Below are positions 44,568 to 54,207 of a stretch of DNA of 56,908 nucleotides, in pieces. The notes below the pieces were generated by a model, which searched no databases, was not told the origin of the DNA, and worked only from the letters and a program-made list of their open reading frames with translations. Made by a program: the position numbers and the translations under genes. The first letter of the stretch is position 1, and every line of letters starts with the position of its first letter. This DNA is from a virus (taxonomy: Duplodnaviria > Caudoviricetes), in IMG/VR virus record IMGVR_UViG_3300027881_000016, positions 1 to 56,908 of that record; one strand, 5' to 3'.

Positions 44568-45225
44568 GAATAACGCAGAGCTCTCAGTAGATATCGAGTC
44601 ATTCGGTATCGATCAGGGAGCCCCGATAGTTACCATCGGTGCTGTCTTATTCGATCCCTACGCAAACGACTCGAGTGAAGAGCTCGTTCGCCGCTCGATA
44701 TTGATTCGCATCGATATCAGCGATACTCTTAAGTACGCCACCAAGATCAATGGCGGCACGATGCGGTGGTGGTTCGAGCAAGATGATTCAGCGATCAAGG
44801 CACTGGTCGGTGACGCTCTCTCGGCGCAAGAAGCACTCACCAAACTATCGAGGTACTGCAATGAGCGCGGCAAGTTCATGGCGAAAGAATTTTTCGACGA
44901 TATCTGTGACTTTCCTAAGACCTCACGATACTGGGCCAAGGATCCAGACTTTGACTTGCGCCTACTGCAGTACTACTACGACCACCCCAAGCTTAGTGCC
45001 AAGCAGCCTTGGAAGTTCTGGGAAGGCCGTTCGGTGCGAACAGTGCAAGATCTTGCATGGCCTGAAGGCGGGCTGGAACGTCCCGATTTCGAGGTACCAG
45101 GTGTTGCGCACGATGCCTGTTGGGATGCAATCACCCAAGCCATGACGGTCCAAGCCGCAATGCGCCGGCTCGGCCTATCACGCGACCAAGACGTCGACTT
45201 CAAGAACTGGGAAGGCAACGAATGA
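44524..45225 (+). CDS. DEDDh 3'-5' exonuclease (DUF5051/RNase T-like)
   Basis: VDIES, IGAV-FDP, T--WW--Q, W-K-PDFD, R-VRT, HDA--DA--QA. Confidence 0.85.
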   Translation: MSFDFSRVTAKDQPRNNAELSVDIESFGIDQGAPIVTIGAVLFDPYANDSSEELVRRSILIRIDISDTLKYATKINGGTMRWWFEQDDSAIKALVGDALSAQEALTKLSRYCNERGKFMAKEFFDDICDFPKTSRYWAKDPDFDLRLLQYYYDHPKLSAKQPWKFWEGRSVRTVQDLAWPEGGLERPDFEVPGVAHDACWDAITQAMTVQAAMRRLGLSRDQDVDFKNWEGNE

Positions 45226-45422
45226 GAACCGCGACGTACATCGGCGATGGTGTCTACGCCACGAAGCACAGCTTTGGCATCGTCCTGACGACTGGACATC
45301 ACCAAGAATCCGAAGCCGACAACACCATCGTACTCGAGAACAACGTGTACGATTCTTTTACCAAGTGGGTAAATAATGGTTGTCCAGACTACAACACCGG
45401 CGAAAAGTACGCCGACATTTAG
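45222..45422 (+). CDS. phage hypothetical protein
   Basis: YIGDGVYA...I-LTT...NTI-LE motif; ATGA overlap. Confidence 0.7.
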   Translation: MRTATYIGDGVYATKHSFGIVLTTGHHQESEADNTIVLENNVYDSFTKWVNNGCPDYNTGEKYADI

Positions 45423-45654
45423 GTCCAAAAAAAGTGGACCTGGACCCACCGTACCCCTCTCTCTAAAAAAGACATAGCCACATTCATACACATGTTTTAT
45501 AGAGACCCCAAGGTAAAGAAAAATATGGACCTAGTGGACCTAAGCAACTTAGTCCTTACAACTCAGTAACTTAGCGACCAAGTTTTGTGGACCTAAAAGT
45601 GGACCCCCTGGCAAAAGGTCCAAAAAAATATGGACCCTGGGAAAATATTCCCAG
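45421..45654. repeat. iteron-like TGGACC cluster; candidate replication origin
   Basis: TGGACC at 45435, 45441, 45526, 45535, 45588, 45600, 45631; GGTCCA at 45422, 45617; A-tracts; intergenic. Confidence 0.75.
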
Positions 45655-45667
45655 AAAGGAGAATACA

Positions 45668-46024
45668 ATGAGCATTTACCGTTTCGTCCTCGATGTCGAG
45701 GAGGAAGGCTTCAGGTGCGACCGAATGGAGGAATACTGGCCCAATCATGTAAACCAAGATCGGGAAAAGATCAGCTACCTCTGCAAGGTCACGACCATCG
45801 ACGAAGCTGATCTGCCGCGCGATACCACTATGTTCGATGCGGTCTTCACCATCCACCACCAGCCGGGTAGCTTCAAGATTGACTACCACGAAGATAACCC
45901 GGACTGGACCACCATCACCGAGGGGTTCAATGCACCACACTACCTGATGGACACCATGAAGCATTATCTGGCTCTCGAGTATGAGGCCGGCTTCCGCTTC
46001 GTTCACTTGGAGGCAATAGCATGA
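45668..46024 (+). CDS. hypothetical protein
   Basis: AAGGAG RBS. Confidence 0.75.
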   Translation: MSIYRFVLDVEEEGFRCDRMEEYWPNHVNQDREKISYLCKVTTIDEADLPRDTTMFDAVFTIHHQPGSFKIDYHEDNPDWTTITEGFNAPHYLMDTMKHYLALEYEAGFRFVHLEAIA

Positions 46025-46290
46025 AACAGGTCGTACACATCGATACTTTCAGCGGGCACAAGCGCAAGACCGACATCGAAGACTTCATCTCCGAGTCGAC
46101 TGAGCCTGATCAGCTTGACTATAGCGGAGCAGTTGAGAATGCACGGTCGCATGCCCGTGAAGTGGCCGAGATGCTCGGCCGGCTGTGTCAGGTGCTCAGC
46201 GAGAAAGGGCTGCTGACTAACAACGAGCTGCTTGAGATTGGCAACGGCCATAAGTTCAGATCAGTTCACTTTGAAGAAGGAGAGTTCTAA
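46021..46290 (+). CDS. hypothetical protein
   Basis: GGAGG RBS, ATGA overlap. Confidence 0.7.
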   Translation: MKQVVHIDTFSGHKRKTDIEDFISESTEPDQLDYSGAVENARSHAREVAEMLGRLCQVLSEKGLLTNNELLEIGNGHKFRSVHFEEGEF

Positions 46291-46580
46291 TGCATATCGT
46301 AAAGAAGTGCCCGCAAGACTATAAAGGCCCGACCTTGAATGACCTCAGGATCGGCGACATTTTCCAGAGCAAAGTCATTTGGCCAGAGAAGACGTTCATG
46401 TGTACTTGGCATAAAAAGAAGGATCGGATCGCGTTCACTTGCCTCGGCTCAACTGATAAGAACGAAGGTGAGTGTGGACAGATGTTCTCGGTGATAAGGA
46501 CGAACGTTGAGAAAGAACCCGGCAGGTATCCTGTAGAGGTTTTCCGTAGCGCAGCAGTTTGCCTGGATGGTGAAGCATGA
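46290..46580 (+). CDS. hypothetical protein
   Basis: AAGGAG RBS, TAATG coupling. Confidence 0.7.
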   Translation: MHIVKKCPQDYKGPTLNDLRIGDIFQSKVIWPEKTFMCTWHKKKDRIAFTCLGSTDKNEGECGQMFSVIRTNVEKEPGRYPVEVFRSAAVCLDGEA

Positions 46581-46855
46581 AAATCATCGAAGCTAAATGC
46601 CCCGCACACCTTGCGCTCAGCCGTATCGCGGAAGGCGGCACGCTGCGATTCAAGGCAATCCTGAATACGAAGCACAAGGACGATGACGTCTTCATAGTCA
46701 ATGAGGTGTGCAGCTCGTACCGGCCGAAAGATACTTATGGCAAAGACAAATGCACCGGCAAGATGGCGATCACCAATCTTCGTACTGGTGCGCTGTGCTA
46801 CGCCGACAAGAGCCGGCCAGTCTACCCGGTAAACGCGGAGGTACGAGAGTTATGA
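46577..46855 (+). CDS. hypothetical protein
   Basis: ATGA overlap. Confidence 0.65.
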   Translation: MKIIEAKCPAHLALSRIAEGGTLRFKAILNTKHKDDDVFIVNEVCSSYRPKDTYGKDKCTGKMAITNLRTGALCYADKSRPVYPVNAEVREL

Positions 46856-47190
46856 GCACTAACTACTATTGGATCATCGAGGAACCAGCACCCCCCGACG
46901 TGAGGTTACCCTCTGGCGAGTACGTCGTAGCCAGCACACCGACAATAGATACGTATGACGTACATATCGGTAAGCGTTACGGTACACCCGACGGCTGTAG
47001 GTTCATCTGGGCTATCCAGCCGAAAGTTATGCTGCGCCGCTTCGAGATAATGGCGAAGCAGTACAACAACGAAGATGAGATAGTAATCATCGACGAGTAC
47101 GGACGTAAACTCTCTTGGGCAGACTTTGAGGTGGTCTTGTATGACTGCTCCGCATGGGAACTGACCAACATTGGATCGAGGTTTTGCTAG
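46852..47190 (+). CDS. phage hypothetical protein
   Basis: MSTNYY...HIGKR...F-W...IIDEYG motifs. Confidence 0.7.
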   Translation: MSTNYYWIIEEPAPPDVRLPSGEYVVASTPTIDTYDVHIGKRYGTPDGCRFIWAIQPKVMLRRFEIMAKQYNNEDEIVIIDEYGRKLSWADFEVVLYDCSAWELTNIGSRFC

Positions 47191-47278
47191 TGACAAAGCT
47201 TATCGCGTATAGCGGTCTCACATTCTTTGGCGCTCTGTTAATAATGATCGCCCTTTTTTCTTACTTGGGATATTAACG

Positions 47279-47503
47279 ATGAAATATACATTCCGTGGCA
47301 ATGTCGTCTTTGAGTACGACCCGGAGACGAAACAGATGAGCGCTGGTGAGGTATGCAGCGATGGCTTCGAGACGAACGTGTTCAACTTTTGCGGGTTTAT
47401 CCCTGACGACTTCAAGCTATTTTCTGAGTTTTTCAGGCGAGCCCATCGCCATGCGACTGGTCAGCTTAACGCAGCCGATCTCCCTGACATTGAGGTGAAC
47501 TGA
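47279..47503 (+). CDS. hypothetical protein
   Basis: 74-aa ORF coupled to the next gene. Confidence 0.6.
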   Translation: MKYTFRGNVVFEYDPETKQMSAGEVCSDGFETNVFNFCGFIPDDFKLFSEFFRRAHRHATGQLNAADLPDIEVN

Positions 47504-47730
47504 TGGAATGGGACACTTACACGACGCAAGACATTCGCGAGATTATGAAGACCAAAGAAAAATGGGAAGCCCTTGAGCACGATAAATGGAAGCTGCTTTC
47601 GTTCTCGGAAAACGAAGCCCGCTTCGGTTGGTTAGATCGAAATTTGCAGTACACGAAGTACATAACCGTCAGAACCGAACAGGCCAAATTCTTTAGAGGA
47701 GTAGAACCTGATGTCCTTGACATGTTATAG
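47503..47730 (+). CDS. hypothetical protein
   Basis: GAGGT RBS, TGATG coupling. Confidence 0.65.
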   Translation: MEWDTYTTQDIREIMKTKEKWEALEHDKWKLLSFSENEARFGWLDRNLQYTKYITVRTEQAKFFRGVEPDVLDML

Positions 47731-47789
47731 CTTAATGCTGTTGCTCATTTTTTTGTCCGCTATAGGCGTGAGCTTGGTCATGTTCTGGT

Positions 47790-47996
47790 TTGCAGACCGA
47801 CTTCACGATGACGATGGGTGGTGATATGGGCGACGTAGTTGAATTCAAAAAGTCTAGAAGAGACATACAACACGTTGATTCTTCTACGATTGTTGAGAAG
47901 ATTGAAATGACGCCCGAGCTGAAGAAAGAGTTCGAAGAGCTCGGGTACACTGTTGATAAGGAGACGAGAAATGAAGACACAAAGAACACTAGTTGA
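47790..47996 (+). CDS. hypothetical protein (start uncertain, perhaps 47826)
   Basis: MGDVVEFKK-like N-terminus. Confidence 0.5.
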   Translation: MQTDFTMTMGGDMGDVVEFKKSRRDIQHVDSSTIVEKIEMTPELKKEFEELGYTVDKETRNEDTKNTS

Positions 47997-48306
47997 AGGC
48001 ACCATGTTCGTATTCGCCAAGGCGAAGAGCGAATACGAGCTCGATAACCTTGAGCCTGGCGATCTGCCATTCAAGTACGAGCTGAAGTCGTATGACTATG
48101 GCGATGAGGACTGCGTGCGGCTGCACGAGTTTGCAGTCAGCGATTACGTGCCTGATGGCATCGATATCACGCTCAAGTGTATTGAGAACCTGAAAGAGCA
48201 GATCACTGTGATTGAGGAAGATGCCAAGAAGGCGGTCAAGAAGCTGGAAGACCGCATCAAGGCGCTGGCCCTGATCGAATACAAGCCGGAACCGATCGAT
48301 GGATGA
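47971..48306 (+). CDS. hypothetical protein with C-terminal coiled coil
   Basis: AAGGAG RBS; LALIEYKP end. Confidence 0.7.
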   Translation: MKTQRTLVEGTMFVFAKAKSEYELDNLEPGDLPFKYELKSYDYGDEDCVRLHEFAVSDYVPDGIDITLKCIENLKEQITVIEEDAKKAVKKLEDRIKALALIEYKPEPIDG

Positions 48307-48487
48307 TCACACGCTGGCACAGATAGCAGTAACTGTGGCAATAGTTGCCCTTGCCTTCGTTCTTTTTGTTGCTGCACAGCCTCAACCTTGCCCTGAAGTA
48401 CCAGCAAGGCCCATAAGCTTGCCGGAGAAGTGCCGGCATCTGACCGAGGAAGAATGGATGGACTGCATGGGAGTAGGTCGCAAATGA
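48299..48487 (+). CDS. small membrane-anchored protein
   Basis: N-terminal TM helix; EEWMDCMGVG. Confidence 0.6.
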   Translation: MDDHTLAQIAVTVAIVALAFVLFVAAQPQPCPEVPARPISLPEKCRHLTEEEWMDCMGVGRK

Positions 48488-48679
48488 AACCTAAGATTCG
48501 ACTCGGCGCAATCATTACGCTGCTGGAATTAGGGGTCGTGTTCATCCTGAAACTGCTCTCGCACAAGGAGCAGAAAAAACAAAAACCCCGTGCAAGTCAA
48601 GCACTTAGAGTCCGTGGGAAACCCGTTGTAAAGGTAGAGCCACCACGGTATGATGGTAAATCCACTCAAGGATCCCCAA

Positions 48680-51049
48680 ATGCAACTTACCTTCCTCGAA
48701 GCGGAAGTCCCGCTGACAAAGAGCTACGAGAAAAAACAGGATGGTTCCTACAAAGGTGGTGGCTATCCCGGCGTGACAAACTTCACAAGTCACGTCGAAG
48801 AAGTAGATTCTATTGCTAGATTTGCGACAGCGTTGGAGTCACATGCGACCACTGGCCACTGCCTCCTCACAAACAGCCTGACGGAACAGATCACGAACGC
48901 GAGCCGCCGGAGACTCTCTGATAAAGACGAGCTGCGACGATGGATCGTGCTCGACATCGATGGTGTTGAAGGCGTCACATCGATAAAAGAATTCGTCGAC
49001 AAGATGCTGCCCGTGGCATTCCACAACGTATCATATGTGGTACAGCATTCACCTTCGTCGGGGATCAAACATGGCGTACGAGCGCACTTGTTCTTCATGC
49101 TCGAAGATGAGGTAGACGTCAAGTCAATTTCCAGCTGGCTGAAGTACACCAACTTAGCCACTGAGCTACTTAGCGACCAGATCACCCTGTCGAAAAACTC
49201 GATGGCACTGAGCCTCAAGCTCGATTGGGTAGCCAACAATAATGGGCGCATCATCTACATCACTTCCCCAAAATGTATAGGATTCAGTGACTTAGTGACC
49301 GAACGCATCAAATGCGTCGTGCAAAAATACGACACTTTGTCGTTCAACTTCAGCGCAATCGGTGCAGCGCAGATGCGTGCCAAGTATCGCGCGAAGCTCA
49401 CAGAACTCCGCGCAGACGCCGGTCTGTCAGTATCGAAGAAGCAGGAGTTCTTCCGGATTCTGGATGATGGTAAGGAAGCTGTGCTCGACGAACTGGTTGA
49501 GCCTGGACGCATCACCAGCTGGGAAGCTGACAATGACTTGTTCATGCGCTGCAACATCGATGGTGGTGACTCGTTTGGTTACTACTATCATCGCAATAAT
49601 GCGCACTACCTCCATAATTTCAAGGGTGAACCAGCAGTTCGCCTCTCTCTGTTCGACCCTGAGTTCTTCAAGAACGTCGCAGAGCCCGATCTGGTAACGT
49701 GGAAAGCGAAAGACATACAGCCGTTCGTGTTCTATGACCGCATGGTCGACAGGAAGTACATGGGCCTGCGCAAGGGCGACGAGATCATCGCACAGCCGAT
49801 GGCGGTTGGAGCTAAGGACTCGCTGGAGGACTACTTCCTCTTCAACAACGGCATGGTGCCTTCACCGATCCCCCCGTACGAGAAGATCTTCGACCCCACA
49901 GTCGATGAGCAGTTGCCTGAAGGCGAGACACTGGTCTTCAACACATGGCGTCCTAGCAAGTACATGAAGGATTCGTTCACGCGCTCGACCAAGCCAACGA
50001 TCATCGATCGCATCATCAGGCATGTCACCGGGGACGATCAGGAAACGTACGACTACTTCATGAACTGGATCGCGTGGATCTACCAGAAGCGCACCAAAAC
50101 CTGCACTGCATGGGTGCTTCATGGTGTGCCTGGTACCGGTAAAGGCCTGCTGTACAACAACGTGCTCGCTCCTATCTTCGGCCGCGACTACGTCGCGCAG
50201 AAGCAGATCGGCGACGTCGCAGAGAAATTCAACGCATGGATGGAGCGTTGCCTCATCCTCAATATCGATGAGACGAACTTCGCCGACACAGGCCGAGGCG
50301 AATCAAAGGTCGTCGGCAAGGTCAAGAATTGGATCACTGAGCCTGAGACGTCTATCCGCGAGATGGGCGTCACTGCATTCAGCCGGCCGTCGTATACGAA
50401 CTTCATCTTCACAACCAACGACCTCGCCATGCTACCGATCCAAGAAGGCGATCGCAGATTTAATGTAGCCCCTAGACAGGAGCATCCGCTAGCGATCACC
50501 GAGGAGGAGGTCGATTTGATCTCCACGGAGTTGCTGCATTTTGCGCAGTACCTCAATAACTACGAGGTCGACTACCTGAAAGCACACCGTACACTCGAGA
50601 GCTTGGCGAAAACTGACCTCCACGAGGCAACGCTTAGCTCTATCGACGGATTTTTCCGCGCCGCCCGGGAAGGTGACTTGCAGTACTTCATCGACGGGCT
50701 CCAAGAGGACAGCGAGCAGTACAGCTCGATACCCAAGTTCAAGGAGGCTGTGGAAGAATGGGTCAAAGATCTCAAGGCAGGACGCGAGAGCGCAGTCACT
50801 GAACAACAGCTCAAGCACGCACACATTGTCATGTGTCGTGACCGCAGCATGAAGCTCAACGCATTCATGTCTATGTGCAGAAAACGTGGCTTTGCCCCTG
50901 CGCGACGACGACAGGACGAGCACCGCTGGAGAGGATGGAGCATTGAATGGCAGATGTCACAGGAGGAGCTGCGAGACCTGAAAGCGCATCTCACCGTCGT
51001 TCCCAAGACCCAGGAACAGCTAACCGAAGAGATCAAAAGCGATCTCTAA
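48680..51049 (+). CDS. primase-helicase (AEP-like N-terminus + DUF5906/SF3 helicase)
   Basis: WIVLDIDG and RAHLFF primase-like motifs; Walker A GVPGTGKG; KFNAW...NIDE; FIFTTN; GDRRF. Confidence 0.88.
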   Translation: MQLTFLEAEVPLTKSYEKKQDGSYKGGGYPGVTNFTSHVEEVDSIARFATALESHATTGHCLLTNSLTEQITNASRRRLSDKDELRRWIVLDIDGVEGVTSIKEFVDKMLPVAFHNVSYVVQHSPSSGIKHGVRAHLFFMLEDEVDVKSISSWLKYTNLATELLSDQITLSKNSMALSLKLDWVANNNGRIIYITSPKCIGFSDLVTERIKCVVQKYDTLSFNFSAIGAAQMRAKYRAKLTELRADAGLSVSKKQEFFRILDDGKEAVLDELVEPGRITSWEADNDLFMRCNIDGGDSFGYYYHRNNAHYLHNFKGEPAVRLSLFDPEFFKNVAEPDLVTWKAKDIQPFVFYDRMVDRKYMGLRKGDEIIAQPMAVGAKDSLEDYFLFNNGMVPSPIPPYEKIFDPTVDEQLPEGETLVFNTWRPSKYMKDSFTRSTKPTIIDRIIRHVTGDDQETYDYFMNWIAWIYQKRTKTCTAWVLHGVPGTGKGLLYNNVLAPIFGRDYVAQKQIGDVAEKFNAWMERCLILNIDETNFADTGRGESKVVGKVKNWITEPETSIREMGVTAFSRPSYTNFIFTTNDLAMLPIQEGDRRFNVAPRQEHPLAITEEEVDLISTELLHFAQYLNNYEVDYLKAHRTLESLAKTDLHEATLSSIDGFFRAAREGDLQYFIDGLQEDSEQYSSIPKFKEAVEEWVKDLKAGRESAVTEQQLKHAHIVMCRDRSMKLNAFMSMCRKRGFAPARRRQDEHRWRGWSIEWQMSQEELRDLKAHLTVVPKTQEQLTEEIKSDL

Positions 51050-51056
51050 ATTTACC

Positions 51057-51085
51057 TTGCGAGCCCTCGAAAGCCCCCCTATTAT
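51057..51085 (+). promoter_or_regulatory. possible sigma70 promoter
   Basis: TTGCGA-N17-TATTAT. Confidence 0.45.
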
Positions 51086-51091
51086 AGAGGT

Positions 51092-51268
51092 ATGGATTCC
51101 GTGCAACTCACCTTAGATTTCTTCATCCCTGAAGCTCTACCCATAGAGGATATTGATGATTTCGTTGCTGTCGTACGCAAAGTGATCGACAAAGAAATTG
51201 GTGAGATCGACTACATGGTTGAGTCTGTCATTGGGTACGATGTATCCGTTGAAATTCAAGACAACTAG
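51092..51268 (+). CDS. small acidic hypothetical protein (58 aa)
   Basis: Manually translated MDSVQLTLDFFIPEALPIEDIDDF...; start could be GTG 51101. Confidence 0.55.
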   Translation: MDSVQLTLDFFIPEALPIEDIDDFVAVVRKVIDKEIGEIDYMVESVIGYDVSVEIQDN

Positions 51269-51429
51269 GTCGTGCAACGGTCCTTTTCAGCGCGTGGGAC
51301 AATCGTTGCTTCATCCTCACTAATTGACTTCGTTAAAGCTGAACACAACGCATGGGCAGATGCTATGTTGGGACAAGGTTTTGGAGTGCCCAACGAGTAC
51401 CGCAATGCACTAATAACAGGAGACGCCAA

Positions 51430-51864
51430 ATGGCAAGTTCCGAACAAGAGCACCCTTATTATTACCCTGCCGGAGTCCCAATAACGCCCCAAGCTCGACG
51501 CTTCGGGTTTGTTTTCGCAGTCTACGTAGCAGACGAAGTCTGGAGAGACATCTGTGTTTGGTCCTCGGGACCTTCACGGTACAACACCAACACAGACAAA
51601 CGGATCCATGAGTTATTGACGCGCTGCTACGAGGGCATGAGTAAGAAGCTCGCTGTACGGGACGACTTCGTAGCTTATGAGTTCAAAGTGTGGGCATGGC
51701 GGCGCGACCACCCACAAGCAAAAAAGAAAGGCCGCTTTCGTCTTGGAGCACGCTTGTTTCTAACTCCAGAGACCGGAGCACCTTGGTTGTTTATCTATGA
51801 TCCAAAAGTAAACTCACTCTCGGATCTTAAAAAGGGGAATGCCCCAGAGGAAATAGAAGAATGA
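51430..51864 (+). CDS. hypothetical protein (DUF6573-like)
   Basis: AGGAG RBS; IT-QA---GF---V-----VW---C-W pattern. Confidence 0.6.
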   Translation: MASSEQEHPYYYPAGVPITPQARRFGFVFAVYVADEVWRDICVWSSGPSRYNTNTDKRIHELLTRCYEGMSKKLAVRDDFVAYEFKVWAWRRDHPQAKKKGRFRLGARLFLTPETGAPWLFIYDPKVNSLSDLKKGNAPEEIEE

Positions 51865-52538
51865 AATACACGATGATAGCTCTACTGCTCTTTGCACTCC
51901 CGGCTTTTGCTGGGCCGAAAGACAAATGTGACGACCCCAAGCCGAACAAGCATGTCTCGTACGAATGCCTGGATGGAATACTTGACGGTGTAGTCGGTCA
52001 ACCGGGACCAGCAGGACCAATGGGACCAGCCGGCGCTGATGGTGCAACTGGCGCGATTGGTGCAACTGGCGCGACTGGTGCTGCAGGCGTTGATGGCGTT
52101 GACGGTGCAACTGGCGCGACTGGTGCTGCAGGCGCCGATGGCATCAACGGAACCAACGGTGTCGATGGCATCAACGGAACCAACGGTGTTGACGGTGTTG
52201 ACGGTGTTGATGGTGTTGATGGTGTTGATGGCCGCGATGGTATTAATGGAATCAATGGACGCGATGGACGCGATGGCGTTGTACCGAATGATTGGTACGA
52301 GCAACTCAACAGTTACGGTGAGTACCTCGCTGCCACAGAGGCCATTCAAATTCATCTACCTGATGACGCCACATCACGCGTCACCTTTGGCGTAAGCCAT
52401 GTGGACGGCGAGAACGGTTTCGGTCTCGGCTACGCATACAGATGCCATGACTGCGAACGCGACCTTGCCCTCACAATTGGTGTTGGTGCAAGTGGTGACG
52501 AAGTTGCCGGTAAAGCAAGTATCGGCTGGGAGTTCTAA
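51861..52538 (+). CDS. trimeric autotransporter-like protein: signal peptide, collagen G-X-Y stalk, YadA-type anchor
   Basis: MKYTMIALLLFALPAFA; long G-X-Y run; four C-terminal beta strands ending GWEF. Confidence 0.8.
   Translation: MKYTMIALLLFALPAFAGPKDKCDDPKPNKHVSYECLDGILDGVVGQPGPAGPMGPAGADGATGAIGATGATGAAGVDGVDGATGATGAAGADGINGTNGVDGINGTNGVDGVDGVDGVDGVDGRDGINGINGRDGRDGVVPNDWYEQLNSYGEYLAATEAIQIHLPDDATSRVTFGVSHVDGENGFGLGYAYRCHDCERDLALTIGVGASGDEVAGKASIGWEF
51993..52280 (+). repeat. collagen-coding tandem repeats
   Basis: 9-bp and 18-27-bp units such as GGTGTTGAY and GGTGCAACTGGCGCG. Confidence 0.85.
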
Positions 52539-52539
52539 A

Positions 52540-52881
52540 ATGTTTGATTTCATCATGTCGATAGTCTATCTCACGTTTTGGTCGTGGATAGTTCTCGGCG
52601 CCGGGATCCTCGCCTATCCAACAGTCTTGCGGCTGAAAGAGCGCAAGGACGAGTTTGGCTGGGTCGTGAAGGTCCCGGTCTATGTCCTCTTCACCGCAGC
52701 GATCATCGCAGATGTCATTTTCAATGCGATAGTCGGTTCGATACGGTTCTGGGAGCTGCCGAAAGAATGGCTGTTCACCGCCCGCTTGAAACGACATTGG
52801 TATAGCGATAACCCGAAGCAGGTAGCCCGGGCAACCAAATGGGTGTGGAGGGTCAATCAGATCCACGAGGGTCACATCTGA
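52540..52881 (+). CDS. membrane protein
   Basis: Two TM helices; DV-FN---GS--F-ELP-EWL-T-RL-R...GH motif. Confidence 0.7.
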   Translation: MFDFIMSIVYLTFWSWIVLGAGILAYPTVLRLKERKDEFGWVVKVPVYVLFTAAIIADVIFNAIVGSIRFWELPKEWLFTARLKRHWYSDNPKQVARATKWVWRVNQIHEGHI

Positions 52882-53112
52882 ATGATCAGGCTGTTGCCTG
52901 TTCTCTTCCTTTTGAGCTGCTCCTCTATATCACCGAGGCTAAATTATATAGAGGAGCGCTTCAAAATCTTCGTATCTGACTGCCGTCTCATGGATGGCCA
53001 CCTTTACGTCCCGCGGCGGCGAGTGTCAAATGCACCGCCAACCCCGTGGGAAATGACGGATGCTATCTGCTGGTACGACGACGACACACCCACCAGAAGG
53101 ATAATAATATGA
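52882..53112 (+). CDS. putative lipoprotein
   Basis: MIRLLPVLFLLSC lipobox-like. Confidence 0.55.
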   Translation: MIRLLPVLFLLSCSSISPRLNYIEERFKIFVSDCRLMDGHLYVPRRRVSNAPPTPWEMTDAICWYDDDTPTRRIII

Positions 53113-53813
53113 AAGACATTACTTCCTGGTCGTTCAGCCGACTCAAGGACTTCGAAGCCTGCCCACTGAAAGCGTACGTCAAGTACGTCGAGAAACGTCC
53201 GGACACAATGGACAAGACCGCGGCAGATCGTGGCACGATGATACATGATGCGTGCGAGAAGTTTGTACGTGGTGAGGGCGAGTTCATTGCAGAGATGCAT
53301 CGCTTTCGCGATTATTTCGCAGAGCTGAAACCGAAGTACGAGGCCGGCGACGTGGAGCTCGAAGAAAACTGGGGCTTCACTCTCGATTGGGAGATCACCG
53401 GCTGGTGGGACGACGACATCTGGTGTCGTATGAAGCTCGACAACTTCACCGTGGATGAGCGCGACGAACGCGGCCACGTCATCGTAGCCACACCAACCGA
53501 CTACAAATCAGGAAAGAAGTATGGCAACGAAGTCACTCACTCCCAGCAAGGGCAGCTCTATGCCCTCGGATCGTTCCTTCGGTACCCAACGCTGGAAGTG
53601 GCTAATGTGGAACTCATCTATCTGGACCAAGGACAGACCACCAAGCGTACTTACACCCGGGAGAAAATCATGTGCTTCTTCAAGCACTGGAATGACCGGG
53701 GCAAAAGAATGACTGAGGCGGAGGACTTTCCGCCCAAGCCAAACAAGATAACCTGCATGTGGTGTCCGTTTGGTCCCCAGCATGGCGACAAGTCGTGCGA
53801 GTGGGGAGTATGA
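53109..53813 (+). CDS. PD-(D/E)XK RecB/Cas4-like exonuclease
   Basis: WSFSRL--F--CP, RGT-IH, KLD...DYKSGK, Q--LYA, C-WCPF...C. Confidence 0.85.
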   Translation: MKDITSWSFSRLKDFEACPLKAYVKYVEKRPDTMDKTAADRGTMIHDACEKFVRGEGEFIAEMHRFRDYFAELKPKYEAGDVELEENWGFTLDWEITGWWDDDIWCRMKLDNFTVDERDERGHVIVATPTDYKSGKKYGNEVTHSQQGQLYALGSFLRYPTLEVANVELIYLDQGQTTKRTYTREKIMCFFKHWNDRGKRMTEAEDFPPKPNKITCMWCPFGPQHGDKSCEWGV

Positions 53814-54111
53814 ACTATGGCAGATCTCGGGATGGAACTGGTGGAAGCGCCGGTGTTGAAGTTCCTGGCTGCAAGTCGTGGCGATGTAGCGTTGATCAGC
53901 GAAGAAGTCACGGCGGTACCCCCGCATGGTGCGGGGGTCTTATTTATGGTGGTAGCTACGGACGTTCATCCAACGTCGGAAGAAGCCCATTTCGCCGGGA
54001 AGGCTACCGTACTATGGCGACCCTAGCAGCGTGGTGTAATTAGCGGGTAAACGAGTTTTCGGTCTCAAATCCAAAGGCTGTATTTGAAAAAACCGTTCAA
54101 ATTTTAGGTGC

Positions 54112-54204
54112 GGGTGTGAGGCGAATATTGGCTTAAGTCGCTGCGGACTGTAAATCCGTAATCTGCTAGACAGGGTGATGGTTCGATTCCATCCGCACCC
54201 ACCA
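54112..54204 (+). tRNA. tRNA-Tyr(GTA)
   Basis: Acceptor GGGTGTG/CGCACCC, anticodon arm GCGGA-CTGTAAA-TCCGT, long variable arm, T arm GATGG-TTCGATT-CCATC, ACCA end. Confidence 0.9.
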
Positions 54205-54207
54205 AAT

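Noticed and set aside
53109-53813. Cas4-like nuclease as evidence of CRISPR-Cas
   Set aside because: Stand-alone PD-(D/E)XK exonucleases are common in phage replication modules; no cas1/cas2 or array
53817-54026. 69-aa ORF before the tRNAs
   Set aside because: No recognisable motif; the region contains several hairpins and may be tRNA leader RNA, so left uncalled
54027-54111. Third, degenerate tRNA upstream of tRNA-Tyr
   Set aside because: TGGTGTAA and GTTCAAAT look tRNA-like, but acceptor, anticodon and T stems do not pair; only a weak ATTTGAA/TTCAAAT hairpin is supported
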